Shown here: positions 38,351 to 51,360 of the stretch, piece by piece
Numbering within the stretch: the first letter of the stretch is position 1
Layout: each line of letters starts with the position of its first letter
Origin: Callorhinchus milii
Taxonomy: Eukaryota
Length of the DNA stretch: 64,000 nt
NCBI RefSeq assembly: GCF_018977255.1
Contig: NW_024704742.1
Coordinates: forward strand, 97,900,001-97,964,000
Direction of reading: 5' to 3'
Notes under the pieces: generated by a model
Database searches by the model: none
The model's input: only the letters and a program-made list of their open reading frames with translations
What the model was told of the DNA's origin: nothing
Translations under genes and position numbers: made by a program

Positions 38351-39164
38351 GTCCTTTCTACTATGCACATAGCTTTATGAAACTGCCACCCAAACATTAA
38401 TGTTGCAAAGATCACTGTGGATTAAAAAAATGTTGTCACTCCTTTGCTGATTCCTTATGGGAACATCTGGGGCTGTTTTGCGGCTGTAGTAATTGGTATA
38501 CTCCCCCGCATCCTCCCAGTGAGATGGGAAACAGTCTTTAAGCTACTAACCCTAAACTGTTTTGTGACTCACTACTCATATGCACAAACAGCATCGTAAA
38601 ATAGAACATTACAGTACAGAAAAATGCCATTTGGCCCATCAAATCTGCATCTGATCTAATCCCACTCTCTTGCTTGCTCCCTTTAATATTGACATCTATC
38701 TAATTCCTTTAGGAAATAATTGATGGGCTCCGCTTCAGCAACAGTTTGTGACAGTGAATTGCATATTCAGACCACGCTCAGTGAAAGCCAACTTTCCAAG
38801 TAACACTTTAATTCTTTGTCATTCTTTTAAATTTGTGATTTGTCATTACTGACTGATCAACCAGTAGCAATAATCTACAGTAGAACACCACATATTTGGA
38901 AACTGACCTACTGTGCTCCAACACATCCTCAACGGGCTCCACTGTGGAAATATGATATAGACCCCAACATTTTCAGTTGTGTGCAAGCACGCACTCCCAC
39001 TCCCTCGAGTCGCTGCCACATTTACCAAGAAAATACACTTTACAGAATATTTTTGAGACAAATCCTACATCAAATGCAAGAATCACTATTACTTTTGTTA
39101 CTGAGTTTGTATGACTTCAACACAGCAAAAGCAGCATGAGGCCACCCCAGGAAGACAACCTACT

Positions 39165-42100
39165 GAATCACAGAATTATACAGCGCAGAAGGAGGCCATT
39201 CGGCCCATTGTGTCTGTGCCGGCTCTTTGAAAAGAGCATCCAAATCAATCCCACAACCGCGCTCTCCCCACAACCCTGCAAACTTGTCCTCCCTAAATAA
39301 TTATCTACTTCTCTCTTAAAAGTTGTTATCGAATCGGCTTCCACCACCCTTTCAGGCAATGCATTCCAGATCCGAATAATTCGCTGCGTGAAAAAAATTC
39401 TCCTCACCTCCCCTCTGTTTCTTTTAGCAACTATTCTATATCAGTGTCCTCGGATTACTGACCCACCTGCCAGTGGAAATAGTTTCTCCTTGTTTACCCT
39501 CATAATTTTGAAAACTTCTATTAAGTCTCCTCTTAATCTTCTCTGCTCCAAGGAGAATAATCCTAGCTTCTCCTGATAACTGAAGTCCTTCATTCCTGGT
39601 ACCATCCTGGTAAATCTCCTTTGCACCCTCTCCAATGCCTTGACATCCTTCCTAAAGTGTGGTGCCCAGAACTGAACACAGTTCTAGCTGAGGCCTAACC
39701 AGTGTTTTGTAAAAGTTCATCATAACTTCTTGACTTTTGTATTCTATGCCCCTATTTATAAAGTCTAGTATCCCATATGCTTTTTTAACAGCTTTATCTA
39801 CCTGTCCTGCCACCTTCAAAGATTTACTTATATGAACCCCCCGGTCTCTCTGTTCCTTCACCCCCTTTAAGATTGTACCATCAGTTTATATTACCTCTCC
39901 TCATCCTTCCTCCTAAAATGCATCACTTTGCATTTCTCTACATTAAACTTCATCTGCCACGTGTCTGCCCATTTTACCAGTCTGTCTATGTCGTCTTGAA
40001 GTTTACTACTATCCTCCTCACTGTTTACTACTTTTCCTAGCTTAGCATAATCTGTAAACTTGGAAACTGTACTTCCTATCCCCAGCCCAGGTCATTTATA
40101 TAGATCAAAATCAGCAGTGGTCCAAATACGGACTCCTGGGGGACAGCACTGAACACTTCCCTGCAGTCAGAAAACCACTCTGCTTTCTGTCTCCCAACCA
40201 GTTCTGTATCCATGCTGCCATTGTTCCTTTAATACCGTGGGCTTTTATTTTGCTTAAAAGACTCTTATGTGGCACTTTATCAAACGCCTTTTGAAAATCC
40301 ATATAAACTACATCAGCTACACTACCTTCACCATCTCCATTACTTCATCAAAAAACTCTTATCAATTTTGATAGGCAGGATTTGCCTTTAACAAACCCAT
40401 GTTGGCTGTACATTATTAACCCATATTTTTGTAGGTGAAAATTTATTTTGTCCAGGATTATAGTCTCTAGAAGTTTCCCCACTACTGACATTAGGCTGAC
40501 TGTCCTGTCGTTCCTGGGTTTATCCTTCTGCCCCTTTTAGTACAGAGGAGCAACATTTGAAACCTTCCAATCCTCTGGCTCCACCCCGGTGTCCAAGGAG
40601 ATTTAAAGATTGTGGCCCGAGCCTCCATTATTTCCACCCTTACTTCCCTCAGTAACCTAGGATGAATCTCATCTGGACCGGGTGACTTATCTACCTTAAG
40701 CACCGACAACCTTTTTAGTACCTCCCCTCGGTTTATTCTTATCTTATCCAATTTCTCTACCTGCTAATAATAATAATAATAATCCTTGCATTTGATATAG
40801 CGCTTTCCACATCGGGAGGACGTCCCAAAGCGCTTCACAGAACACACTGTAAAGTGAATTGACTGTATATTTGTGGGCGAACGCGGCACCCAATTGCGCA
40901 CAGCAATGTCCCACAAACAGTCATAGATTGAAAATGACCAATTTATTATTGTTTTTAGTTTTGGAGGGATTATTATTAGGCGTGTGGAGTAAGGAAACTT
41001 GCCCAAGGTTTCGCCCTGCCTGGAATTGAACTCAGGTCTCTCGCTTGCAAAGCGAGTGCTCTAACCACTGAGCTGCAGGACTCTCCTCCAATACTGTGGC
41101 ATTGGCTGCATCCTCTTCTTTTGTGAAGACAGATGCAAAGTACTCATTCAGTACATCAGCCGTGCCCTCTGCCTCCATAAGAATATTTCCTCTTTGGTCC
41201 CTAATTTGAACCACCCTACTTTTGACTAACCTTTTATTCTTTATATGCTTGTAAAATATCCTAGGTTTTCCTTTTCTGTTACCTGCTAATCTTTTCTCAT
41301 ACAATCTCTTTGCCCCTCCTATTTTCTTTTTCAGTTCTTTCTATATTCTATTTGATTATCTTCTGTATTATGGATATGATATTTTTCATAAGCCTGCTTT
41401 TTCTGTTTAATTTAATCTCAATTTCATCCAGGGAGGTTTAGATGCCCTACCTTTCCCCTTTGTGGGAATGTATTTGTTCTGTCCCCAAACTATCTTCTCC
41501 TTGAAGGCTTCCCATTGATTGTTAGCTGTTTTACCTGCCAATCTTTCTTTCCAGTCCACCTTGTCCAGGTCCCTTTTTAAATCACTAAAATTAGCCGTCT
41601 TCCAATTTAGTATCTTCACTTTTGATTGTTCCTTATCCCTTTCCATAAGTACTCTAAGCCTAATGATGTTGTGATCACTGTTGTCCAGATGCTTTCCTAC
41701 TGAAACCTGCTCCATTTTCCCCCCTTCATTCCCCAGAACTAGATCCAGCACTGCTTCCTTCCTCATTGGGCTGGAAACATACTGATCAAGAAAGTTATTC
41801 TGCACACATTTCAAGGAATCGTTCCCCCTCCTTGCCCTTTACACTGTTATTATGCCAGTCTACATTAGGATAATTGACGTCCTCCATTATCACTATTCTA
41901 TTGGTTTTGCATCTTTCTAAAATCGTCTTGCAGATTTGTTCGTTTATCTCCTTCCCTATTTTATGGTCTATAGTGTACACCTAACATAGTAACAGCTCAT
42001 TTTCTGCTCCTTAACTCTAACCAAATGGATTCTGTTTTTGGACCGTCTAGCACATTGTCCCTTTCCAGGGCCGTAACCATGTCTTTAATCAATACTACCA

Positions 42101-42660
42101 CACCCCCTCTTTATTTTCCTTCCCTATCCCTCCTGAATACATTGTAGTCAGGAATATTCAGCTCCCCTTCTTGCCCCTGTTTGAGTCAGGTCTCTGTTAT
42201 TGCCATTACATCATAACCCCATGTGGCAACTTGAGGCTGCAGCTCACCAATCTTATTTGTCACACTCCATGCATTCACACATATGCACTCCAAGACTAAC
42301 TGAGTCTGGATTTTTTCCCCTCGTCTAATCCCTACTTATTCTGGATTACATCCTGATTCCCTTCCCCCCCTCAAAATTAGTTTAAACCCTTCCCCACAGC
42401 ACTAGTTAATCTCCCTGCGAGGACATTGGTCACAGCCCTGTTCAGGTGTAACCCATCCATCTTGTACAGGTCTCACCTGCCCCAGAACTGATCCCAATGA
42501 TCCAGGAACCTGAAGCCCTCCTTTCTGCATCATTTCTCCAGCCATGCATTCATGTGTTTGATCCTGCTGTTTCGATACTCACTTGTACGAGGCACTGGGA
42601 GTATTCCAGAGATCACACCTTTGTGGTCCGACTCTTTAGCTTTTTCCCTAGCTTCTGATA
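39165..42660 (-). mobile_element. Long CR1 LINE (~3.5 kb): ORF1 esterase end, APE endonuclease, RT, 3' tail; inactivated
   Basis: ORF1 GFRFLDHW..YKMDGLHLN (SGNH DxxH), endonuclease YDVMAITET and LDNSDHNII, RT MDFQKAFDKVPH; many stops and frameshifts. Confidence 0.95.
40765..41083 (-). mobile_element. Young tRNA(Ala)-derived SINE (CTCCC loop) inserted in CR1 ORF2
   Basis: Near-identical to 29854-30172; the CR1 continues on both sides. Confidence 0.93.
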
Positions 42661-44329
42661 CTTTCTTCTGATAAGAGAATGTCTCTTTAAATATTGAACA
42701 CAATTCCTCTGCTGTATGGCCAGTCTCTTGGTAACTGTCCCTTCAAGGACTTTAAGAGTGTGATATCATTAATGCGGTAATTCATGTAATGCTAAACATC
42801 AAAAGGAATACTTGTCTAACCCTTTGTTTGCTATGACCCTTTCCTCCTGCTGCCTAGCTTTTCTGCCAGAATTTTGAGAAAAATTTACCTGACAGCAAAT
42901 AGCTGGTTAGCTATTCCTCAGATCTTAAATTCAATGCATCAGTGAAACAACAACAATTTGGATTTATCTAGCGCCCTTCACACTGGACGGCATCTCAAAG
43001 CGCTGAAAAGATGCAATAGACGAGCCAGCAAAATGATCAATGTATTTGCGGAGTGTCTTATTTGAAAACACTATGGAGAGGAGCCCAGCTAGAGGTTACA
43101 GATAATTTTGATTAATGATTTTGTTCAGAACAGTCCCCTCTCCTTTATAACTGCAGATTTATCCCTGGCACGAAGTTGCACTGTGAAGAAGCTCTAAGCT
43201 TTTGCAGTCGGTGTCTTATTTAGCCAAGCACTTAGATAATGAAAACAAATTTCCTTATTTTTAACAGCTGGGCAAAATTGTGTAATTTAATTTTAAAAAA
43301 GTTGTTAATGAAGGTTAGCTGTTAATGCAACAATTACGCTTGCTTCATTTCCTATTTCTGTGTGTTTTTCTCTCCCCTTGAGCTATTTCACATATTAAGA
43401 TACTCTCATATATCACAGGAATGGGATGTTCCACAGGGGATCTCACCAGACTTAGGAGTCATGAGTTTAACAAATCTGCACATAATTCTTCACATAACCA
43501 GAATTGGTAATCTTTGGATTCAGGCCATACTTATGCAAGGATTACTAAATTATTAATATGAGGGTGAAATTAACATTGCTTCAAAATTAGTTGAAATGTG
43601 ATCAGCTTCAAATGTGAACATTTTCTAAAATGTTAGTAAAAAATGTCACCATCTGTATGCACCTGTGAATGTGAATAGTGCATATATTATATTTTGTGGG
43701 GATTATGGGGACGTGGGGGATAATGGAAGAGAAGCAGAGCTTTCTACCACTGTTAATGGTTAAAAAGGCTTTTGTATTTGTGACTACTGTTATTTAAACT
43801 GTTTTGAAAAGAGCTAGTATCAACAGAGATAAAAACCCTGGAAAAACGAAAGCACACAGGATGTGTGGAATATATCAGTAGACTGTGAACACAGACATCT
43901 GCCTCCCAGCTGTTTGCATTGTGTGCCTCTGTCTTGATGTCTGTTTTGGTGCTTCTTATGGAAAAAAACAATACATAGCAACATTGTTTGAGGGGCGTTG
44001 TCAGGGGTGGGTTATCATGAAGGTGCCAACTTATGCAATGGTACTAATGGTTAGCAAGGTATTATGCTTTTGTTCCATGCATGCTCAGTGATCAAAACTG
44101 TAACAATATCCCCTCCCTTTTCTCCCTACAGTGGGAATCTAATGCTGTGGAGCCCCCTATTGGGCACAGAGGAAACTGCAGCAACTGCATGGTCCCCGAC
44201 ATTTTTGGTCTAAGTGTCAATTTCATGTGGATTTCACAAAAGTTCAAATTGAATGCCTCGGTCAACTTTGTTTTAATACAAGTCGGATCAATGATGAGAT
44301 CGAGAGAATGTTCAAACAACGTAAATGTC

Positions 44330-45630
44330 ACATAACTTATTTTCGCCCTACTCACAGCACAGAGATAGAGCTTGTCAAAGACACAAACAACATTCTCTCT
44401 ATCTGTGACCATGGTTCCCTCGGCCTCCTCGTCCTCCTGGATCTCTCTGACGAGTTCACACAGTCGATCACGCTATCCTCCTCCATCTGCTCTCCTCCCT
44501 CATCTACCTTAGTGGGATTGCACTCGCACAGTTCGAGTCCTACTTAACCAACTGCCTCCATTTCATCTCAGCAAATGGTTTCTACTCCCAACCCCACCCA
44601 GTCACCTGCGGGGTACCCCAGAGCTCCATCCTTGGCCCTCTTCTTTTTCTTATCTATATGCTCTCTCTGGGTGATGTCATCCATAGACATGGGGTAAACT
44701 TCCACATGTATGTGGATGACACACAAATCTATTTTGCCTCCTCCAGTACCAACTCCAGTACCAACGATGTTCTATCAGCTTGTCTGGCAGACATCATGGC
44801 CTGGATGAGTGTAAACTTCCTGTAGCTGAATATGGACAAGATGGAAGCCATACTCCTAGTCTCCCATCAACGTCTTCACTCCTACGGATCTAAACTCCTC
44901 AACCTCCTTGGGCTCTCCCTCACACTCACTGAACCAGTGTGCAATCTAGGTGTCCAGTTCGAACCCCAGCTGTCCTTCCTCCCCCATATGCAGTCCCTGA
45001 CCAGGACCACTTTCTTCCACCTCCACCAGTTTGCCCGCCTCTGACCATAACTTACCCCAAATGCAGCCGAAACCCTCGTGCATGCGGTTGTCACCTCCCA
45101 CTTGGATTACTCCAACGCACTCCTCGCAGGTCTCCCCAGCTCCACCGTTCAAAAGATCCAGCTCATTCAGAACTCTGCCACCCACCTACTGCCCCGGACC
45201 AAACTCCGTACCCACATCTCACCAGCTCTGGCCAGGCTCCACTGGCTCCCCATCACCCAACAGAGCGACATTCAAGATCTTCACACTCGTGTTAAAATCC
45301 CTTCACTCTCTGGCACCTCCCTACCTCTCTGAACTCCTCACTCCCCAATCCACCACCTGGTGCCTCTGCTCGACTGGCACCGGCCTCGTACCTCGCACCC
45401 TCCGCCCCACCATCAGAGATCGCACTTTCAGCCAGTATGCCCCGAAACTCTGGAACACTCTCCCTCAATCCCTCCGCCTTGCCCCCTCTCTCCCCTTTGT
45501 CAAGTCCCACCTGAAAACCGTCCTCTTAGACCGTGCTATGGCCACCTCCCCACCCCCGGCTCGGAGTCAGGCTCTGCTACTGTTAAGTACTTTGAGACGC
45601 TACCCTACAAGGAGAGCGCTATATAAGTGT
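44330..45630 (+). mobile_element. L2-B LINE RT plus 3' end
   Basis: [32 protein letters not shown]; tail gagacgctacc...gagcgctatataag. Confidence 0.9.
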
Positions 45631-45631
45631 A

Positions 45632-45870
45632 AGTATAACAACAACTTGCAGTTATATAGTGCTCTTCACATGGGGTAGCGTCACAGAGCGTTTCACAGTG
45701 GCAGAGTCTGACACTGAGTCAAGGAGAGAGGGAGGTTGGAGGTGACCATATGCATGATAAAAAATGAAGGTGCTGAGGTGGAATTTGAAAGTGGGGAAGG
45801 AGGGGCCAAGGCGGCGGGGTTGAGAGAGAGAATTCCAGAGTTTTAGGGCGTAGTGGCTGTAAGCACAATT
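45632..45870 (-). mobile_element. L2-B 3' fragment, tail-to-tail with the previous element
   Basis: acaacaacttgcagttatatagtgctcttcac. Confidence 0.8.
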
Positions 45871-46179
45871 AAAAAGGAAGGTCTTTTTGAAGGTGGGCAC
45901 CATCAAAACAAGTGCCCACAATGTGCCATGTATGCCACATCAACTCACCAAACTTCAGCTCCAACCCAAAATCTCCTCACAACTTGACAGGAGGTACAGA
46001 GGTTCCTGCAGACAACATATTTTACTTTGGTGTGTGAGGTGGGGGGCAACTCTTTGCTGGGTGGTAGTTGTTCAACCCCCTCTTGATTGTAATGAGTAAA
46101 TTATCGTAGCATGTTAATAAAAATAAGTAAATCTGAACTTAAAAACTCAGTAGTTAAATATAATGTGTGGTGTGGTACT

Positions 46180-46405
46180 GCACACATGGGCTGCGCTGTT
46201 AGCTGATCTCAGAAAGAGTGATAATGGGATTCTAAAATACAACCTCTTTTGAGGTACATCACTCTTACATCTATGTTGAGTGGGTTTGCAAACTGAGCCT
46301 CTTACTAATAAATGTCACTCATAACAGTTCCTCAGAGTGGGCAGCTCTGATCCACAATCCTGCCAGAAATGGGGATGTCAGGTCAGGACAGGAGGAAGCT
46401 TGAGG
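46180..46405 (+). mobile_element. Ancient AmnSINE2-like relic
   Basis: ctgcgctgttagctgatctcag ... gatgtcaggtcaggacagga. Confidence 0.45.
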
Positions 46406-47104
46406 CATTGTTCTTTCATGGAGCTCGATGATTCCCACGGTCGACCTTATTCACTAACTCTTGACACTGGAGGATAAGATGTACTGGAGAGCTACAGGCA
46501 CTCATGGAGCTGTACAATGCATAAATCATCATTCTCAGGAGAGGAAGGATAAAAGAAGGAAACTGAATACAATTTAGACTACCTTGTGGTCTAATGTGCG
46601 ATATTAACAAATTGTGTTTGGAAAGATAAAAGTTTGAGATGCTGTATTTATAAAAAAAAAGAGAAGGAAGCAATGCACAGTTTTCTGACATTCATGAGGG
46701 AAATTCCTCTTATCGTCCTTGGGCTGTGTGCTAACTCAACCAAAGTGACTCATTTCAGTACGTGGAAAACATTTTGAAATTCACACTAATAAGGTAGCAG
46801 TGTAAGAACACAGGTCCCCATGTTAGCAAAAGCATATATTGTAGTACATAAAATAAAAATACTTCTGAGCCTTGGCACTACTGTTCAAACCTTTTTCTTC
46901 TCTACCTCTTGGCCTGTCCTTGGGTAGGGCTGACCACATTGACTCATCCAATTATTCTTTCCAGGTTTCATGTCTAACATCACTTTTAGCAATTCAGCCA
47001 GTTGTACTAACAAGGTATGCTTAAAGCTCCACAAAGCCCTCCACTAGTGTAACCTGAATCATTGTCTCCAAGGTGACATCTAGCAATAGAAGATCAGAAT
47101 CAGT

Positions 47105-47555
47105 TTCCTCTGTGGCTGATCTGGGAATCCAGCTCCTGATCCAGGCAGGTCCACAGTACTTCATGGCACTGTTGATAGACCAGCCAGCTCAGTTTGTTGG
47201 CAGGGCTTGGAGGAGTAGATCACTCTATAGAGGCTAGGAGTCTTTCCACTACTGATAATCCTGCAAGGCAAAGCCTTAAGAGCAAAGGAGGTTCTAGCGG
47301 GACAACAACAACAACTTGCATTTATATAGGCAATTAGTGGGAAGCTTACCTGTGCTCTGTAATATTACGCTGTACAATTTTAAATGGCTTAACTGCTGTG
47401 GTACCCCCAATTGCACACTTTAGGTTCCCTAAGCTTCAGCTCTTGCTAACTTGTGGTTAAATTCTCCAGCATTATTTAAGCAAGATGCATTCCTCTGGGA
47501 GTGTGCAGTTCATACCAAACAAAAGGCACCAATATGTATGTGGAATTCTCAGTAA
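47105..47555 (+). repeat. Unclassified dispersed repeat (family X), most complete copy, with an isolated L2 tail at ~47303-47328
   Basis: Left half matches 15445-15690 (inverted); right half matches 53755-53900. Confidence 0.7.
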
Positions 47556-47809
47556 ATACATTTTCCACATGTAACTAGCCAAACAGATATGATGGAGTTT
47601 TCTCCTTAGTTGGGTTGAGACTCCAGGTATATCATAAAAACGTATCTGAGAATTGAAAGAACTTCAGGAAAGAAATATACCATGTTCCAACTCAACTTGG
47701 AGATAGAGCAAACTTGAGCTTCCAACTTCTCATTTCTATCCGCAGTAATTGTGATTCTGACCGACACAACTTTACCAACCAGAGGTTTGCAGATTTTAAA
47801 TGCCTTAAA

Positions 47810-48177
47810 TTTCTCCAATTTTGCCCCACCCTACCTCTATGACCTCAGCAAACTCTATCATCCCAGCCATTCCCTTCGCTCAGTGAGAACCAGCCTGCTT
47901 CATTTCCCTTGCCCTATTGCCCCAGCATTGGTGAGCTGGCGTTCAGCCTTCCTGCCCCCACTCTCTGGAACTCCATCCCTGAGTCCCTCTAACTCATTCC
48001 CTCCCTCACCTCGTTCAAGGTCTGTCTCATGATCTATCTCTTTGACTGTGCCTTCCCCTCCCCACCCCCCTCAGCTTCCACTCCCAGTTCGGATGCCCAG
48101 CCATTTCTGTTAAGTGCTTCAGGATGTCTTCCAACATGAAAGGCACTAGATAAATGTAAATTTGTATTTTATTGTAT
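47810..48177 (+). mobile_element. L2 3' fragment
   Basis: FAPPYLYDL; ctctggaactccatccc; tail present. Confidence 0.8.
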
Positions 48178-48699
48178 TCTGTTGGTTGTCATCGCTGACA
48201 GAAAATACACAGTGTGGTTACACTGGAAACAGCTCATCAGGATCACCGTGTGGAAGTCTGGAATATGACCAGCTCTTTTAAGGAGCGTGGCAGGCAGGCG
48301 ACTACATTACAATAAATGGAATACAGAATCACCAACAGTCAAAATTGCAATCCCAAGTCTGGAGTTCATTTTACATTAATAAATTCTGTAAAATCCTTGC
48401 ATAGATGTTGTAAGATATTGCCCCAGAATGGCTAACCCCTATAGCAGAAAATGGTGCTATGGAGAAACCTAGCAATTTCTTAATAACATAGATTTCTTAA
48501 TTACATGAACTAGCTTGTACTGTATTATCATTTGCCAAGCAATTGGGGGAAAAGATATGTTATTTGAGATCAAATGAAGGATTCATAGCGGCTGATATGT
48601 CAGCTCTTCCCTGATTCCAGAGTCAGCAACAAAGTAAAAACTAATAATGCAATAGAGTTTTCATTTACATATATCAATATGCTTGGCTGTGGTTGGCTG

Positions 48700-49205
48700 T
48701 GCACCCAAGCTGGAGGGAGAGAGCTGAAGAGGGTGGGGGGAGGGAAAGATGACCGAGAAAAAAGATCAAAGAGATAAGTCTAAGGCGGGCTTTGAAAGTA
48801 CGGAGGGAGAGGGGGCAAGTCAAAGGGACTCGGATGGAGATCCAGAGAGGAGGGACAGAATAATTGAGAACTTGCCCACCAATGGTGGTTCAAATAGGGA
48901 GGGGATATGAAGCATTTCACTCAAAGAAGGGTGTGGCTTGGTTGGCATGGTTGGAGAGGCTCCCAGAAGTAGGATGGGGCGAGGCTGTGGAGGGACTTAA
49001 ATGTGAGGATGAGAATCTTAAACTTGATCTGCTGGGGATAAGGAGCCAGTGAAGCTGAGCAATGATGGGGTGATAGACTAATAATAATTTTTGCATTTGA
49101 TATAGCGCCTTTTACATTGGAAGGATGACTCAAAGCACTTTGCATGATTTAAGGGTGTGTTTTGTAGGCAAATGTGACAGGCAATTCGCACAGCAATGTC
49201 CCATC
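48700..49205 (-). mobile_element. L2 fragment followed by a SINE tail
   Basis: QQIKFKILILTFKSLHSLAPSY; ttgcatttgatatagcgcc. Confidence 0.75.
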
Positions 49206-50123
49206 AGCATTCACGTAAGCTGTTGGATTTGCCAAATTCAAAAAAATTTGTGAATCCCAAAAGCAAGATAAGTCCAAAAAAAGGGTTTTGCAGTTTTCCG
49301 GGATTTGCAGTTTCGCAAATCTAACCAGCAATTAAAAACCGCAGTCCACTTTTGTGTAATTTCTATTTGATAGTTTGGGAATCTCTAAATGTAAGTCTAA
49401 ATGTATATATATATTGGGACTTGCACGCTATTCTTTATTTAAAGAAATAGATTCAATATAGATTCTCAACCTCAGGCCACACTGCACAGTTGGACATATA
49501 CGAAAACTCATTAAAAATTAAATGTCCATTTAACGTATTATGCTGTCTGTCCTAACCCAAATTATTATTGACATGAGCCAAAGTTAAATGCAGTGGATTT
49601 GGCTCTGTTAATGCCTTTACTGGACAACACTGAGAAGTATAACATGGGTTCAATAGTTTGCAAGAAGATTATGTAATGTTGTGGATCCGATGATGGAACA
49701 GGAGGAAGAGCATGTGACAAATGCAGGAAAAGATTTCAACAGTGCAGTTACAGTAATGAATCTGGGTGTCTGTTAACAGCATGGGTGTGAATGCAAAGCA
49801 GGAAGGATGCTCTGATATACCATAAGTGTAAAAAATCAGCTACAAGTCGATGTGATAGACTGGAGATGGAATGAGGCCAGCTGTCTGTCTGTTAGATGCA
49901 TGGGGGTGTTTATATACCGGAATGGGTAATGAAGTAGAGCAATGATAAGCCAATTGTGGCAGAATAGATGTAGAAAGGAAAAGCTTCTCTGATCAAACAG
50001 GCACATGCAATTTGGAGCTTGATGTAGGGCTAATAATTTACAAAACAAAACACTTGTTTTAGAGTCATACAAAATGGTGATCATTTAAGGAATACTGGAA
50101 GTTTTACGACAATACAATTGTAG

Positions 50124-50885
50124 CAACAACAACAACAACAACAAGATTCCATTTATAAAGCGCCTTTCACGTCAGGAGGACGTCGCAAGGCGCTGCACAG
50201 TTGGGTCATGACCCGAGCAGGGGGGAAATGGTCAGGGTGAGGGGAGGGAAGGGAGGGAGCGAGGAGGGGGGAAATGGTCAGGGTGAGGGGAGGGAAGGGA
50301 GGGAGCGAGGAGGGGGGAAATAGTCAGGGTGAGGGGAGGGAAGGGAGGGAGCGAGGAGGGGGAAGAGAGTCGAGAGGGGAGCTGAAGGCTCGGTCAAAGA
50401 GAAAGGTCTTGAGACCGGCCTTGAAGGAGGAAAGGGAGGAGGCGGCGAAGGCACTGGGGGATAGAGTTCCAGAGCCTAGGGGCTGAGAGGCTGAAAGCCC
50501 GACCACCGATGGTAGGGCGATTGGGGCGGGGGACGTGGAGCAGACCGGAGCCAGAGGAACGGAGGGTACGGGCAGGTAGGTAGGGGGATAGTAGGTTGGA
50601 GAGGTAGGAGGGAGCAAGGCCGTGAATGGCCTTGTAGGTGAGGATGAGGATCTTGAAATCAATCCTCTGGGGGATGGGGAGCCAGTGGAGGCGAGCGAGG
50701 GTGGGAGTGATGTGGTCCCGAAGCCTGGTGCGGGACAGTACACGAGCTGCAGAGTTCTGAATGACCTGCAGCTTGTGGAGGGAGGTGGCGGGAAGGCCGG
50801 CGAGGAGAGAGTTCCCATAGTCCAGCCTTGAGGTGACAAAGGCGTGAACCAGGTTTTCAGCAGCGTGAGGGGTGAGGTAATGAGC
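50124..50885 (-). mobile_element. Young, CpG-rich L2-A 3' fragment
   Basis: Intact ORF2 C-terminus, (CAA)n tail, many CpGs retained. Confidence 0.93.
50219..50364. repeat. 46-bp G-rich tandem repeat x3 inside the L2 3' UTR
   Basis: Unit aggggggaaatggtcagggtgaggggagggaagggagggagcgagg at 50219, 50265 and 50311. Confidence 0.95.
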
Positions 50886-50889
50886 ATTT

Positions 50890-51360
50890 CAATAATAATA
50901 AATTACACTTATATAGCACCTTACACATTGAGAGTACATTTCAAAACTCAGTGAGAGATCAAGTTGGGAGCACAATCAAAGTGGTAGATCTTCAGGCAGG
51001 ATTTGAAAGAAAAGAGGGAAGGAGCGAGCTGAAGGGATTTCAGCATAGCGTCCAGAGGGAGGGAGCAAGGTAGCTAAATATTTATCCACCATTATTGAAG
51101 CAGAGAGGACAGGGGCAAGAAGCAGCTCTGGGTTGATGGAGCAGAGGAAGTGACTGGTGCAAGAAGATGGAAGCAGCTGAAGATGAGGACGAGGATCCTA
51201 AAGTTGACAATGATAATGTTTGTATTTGATATAGCACCTATCGGGACGATATTTCAAAGCGTTTCACAGATTTAACTGCAAAGTGTAGTGAATGTGTATT
51301 TCGTAGTTGACCATGGCAGCCAGTTTGCCATTAGCAAGGTCCCACAAACAGGCACGAAAT
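50890..51360 (-). mobile_element. Older L2 3' fragment followed by a Deu-SINE tail
   Basis: aaattacacttatatagcacc and tttgtatttgatatagcacc tails. Confidence 0.65.
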
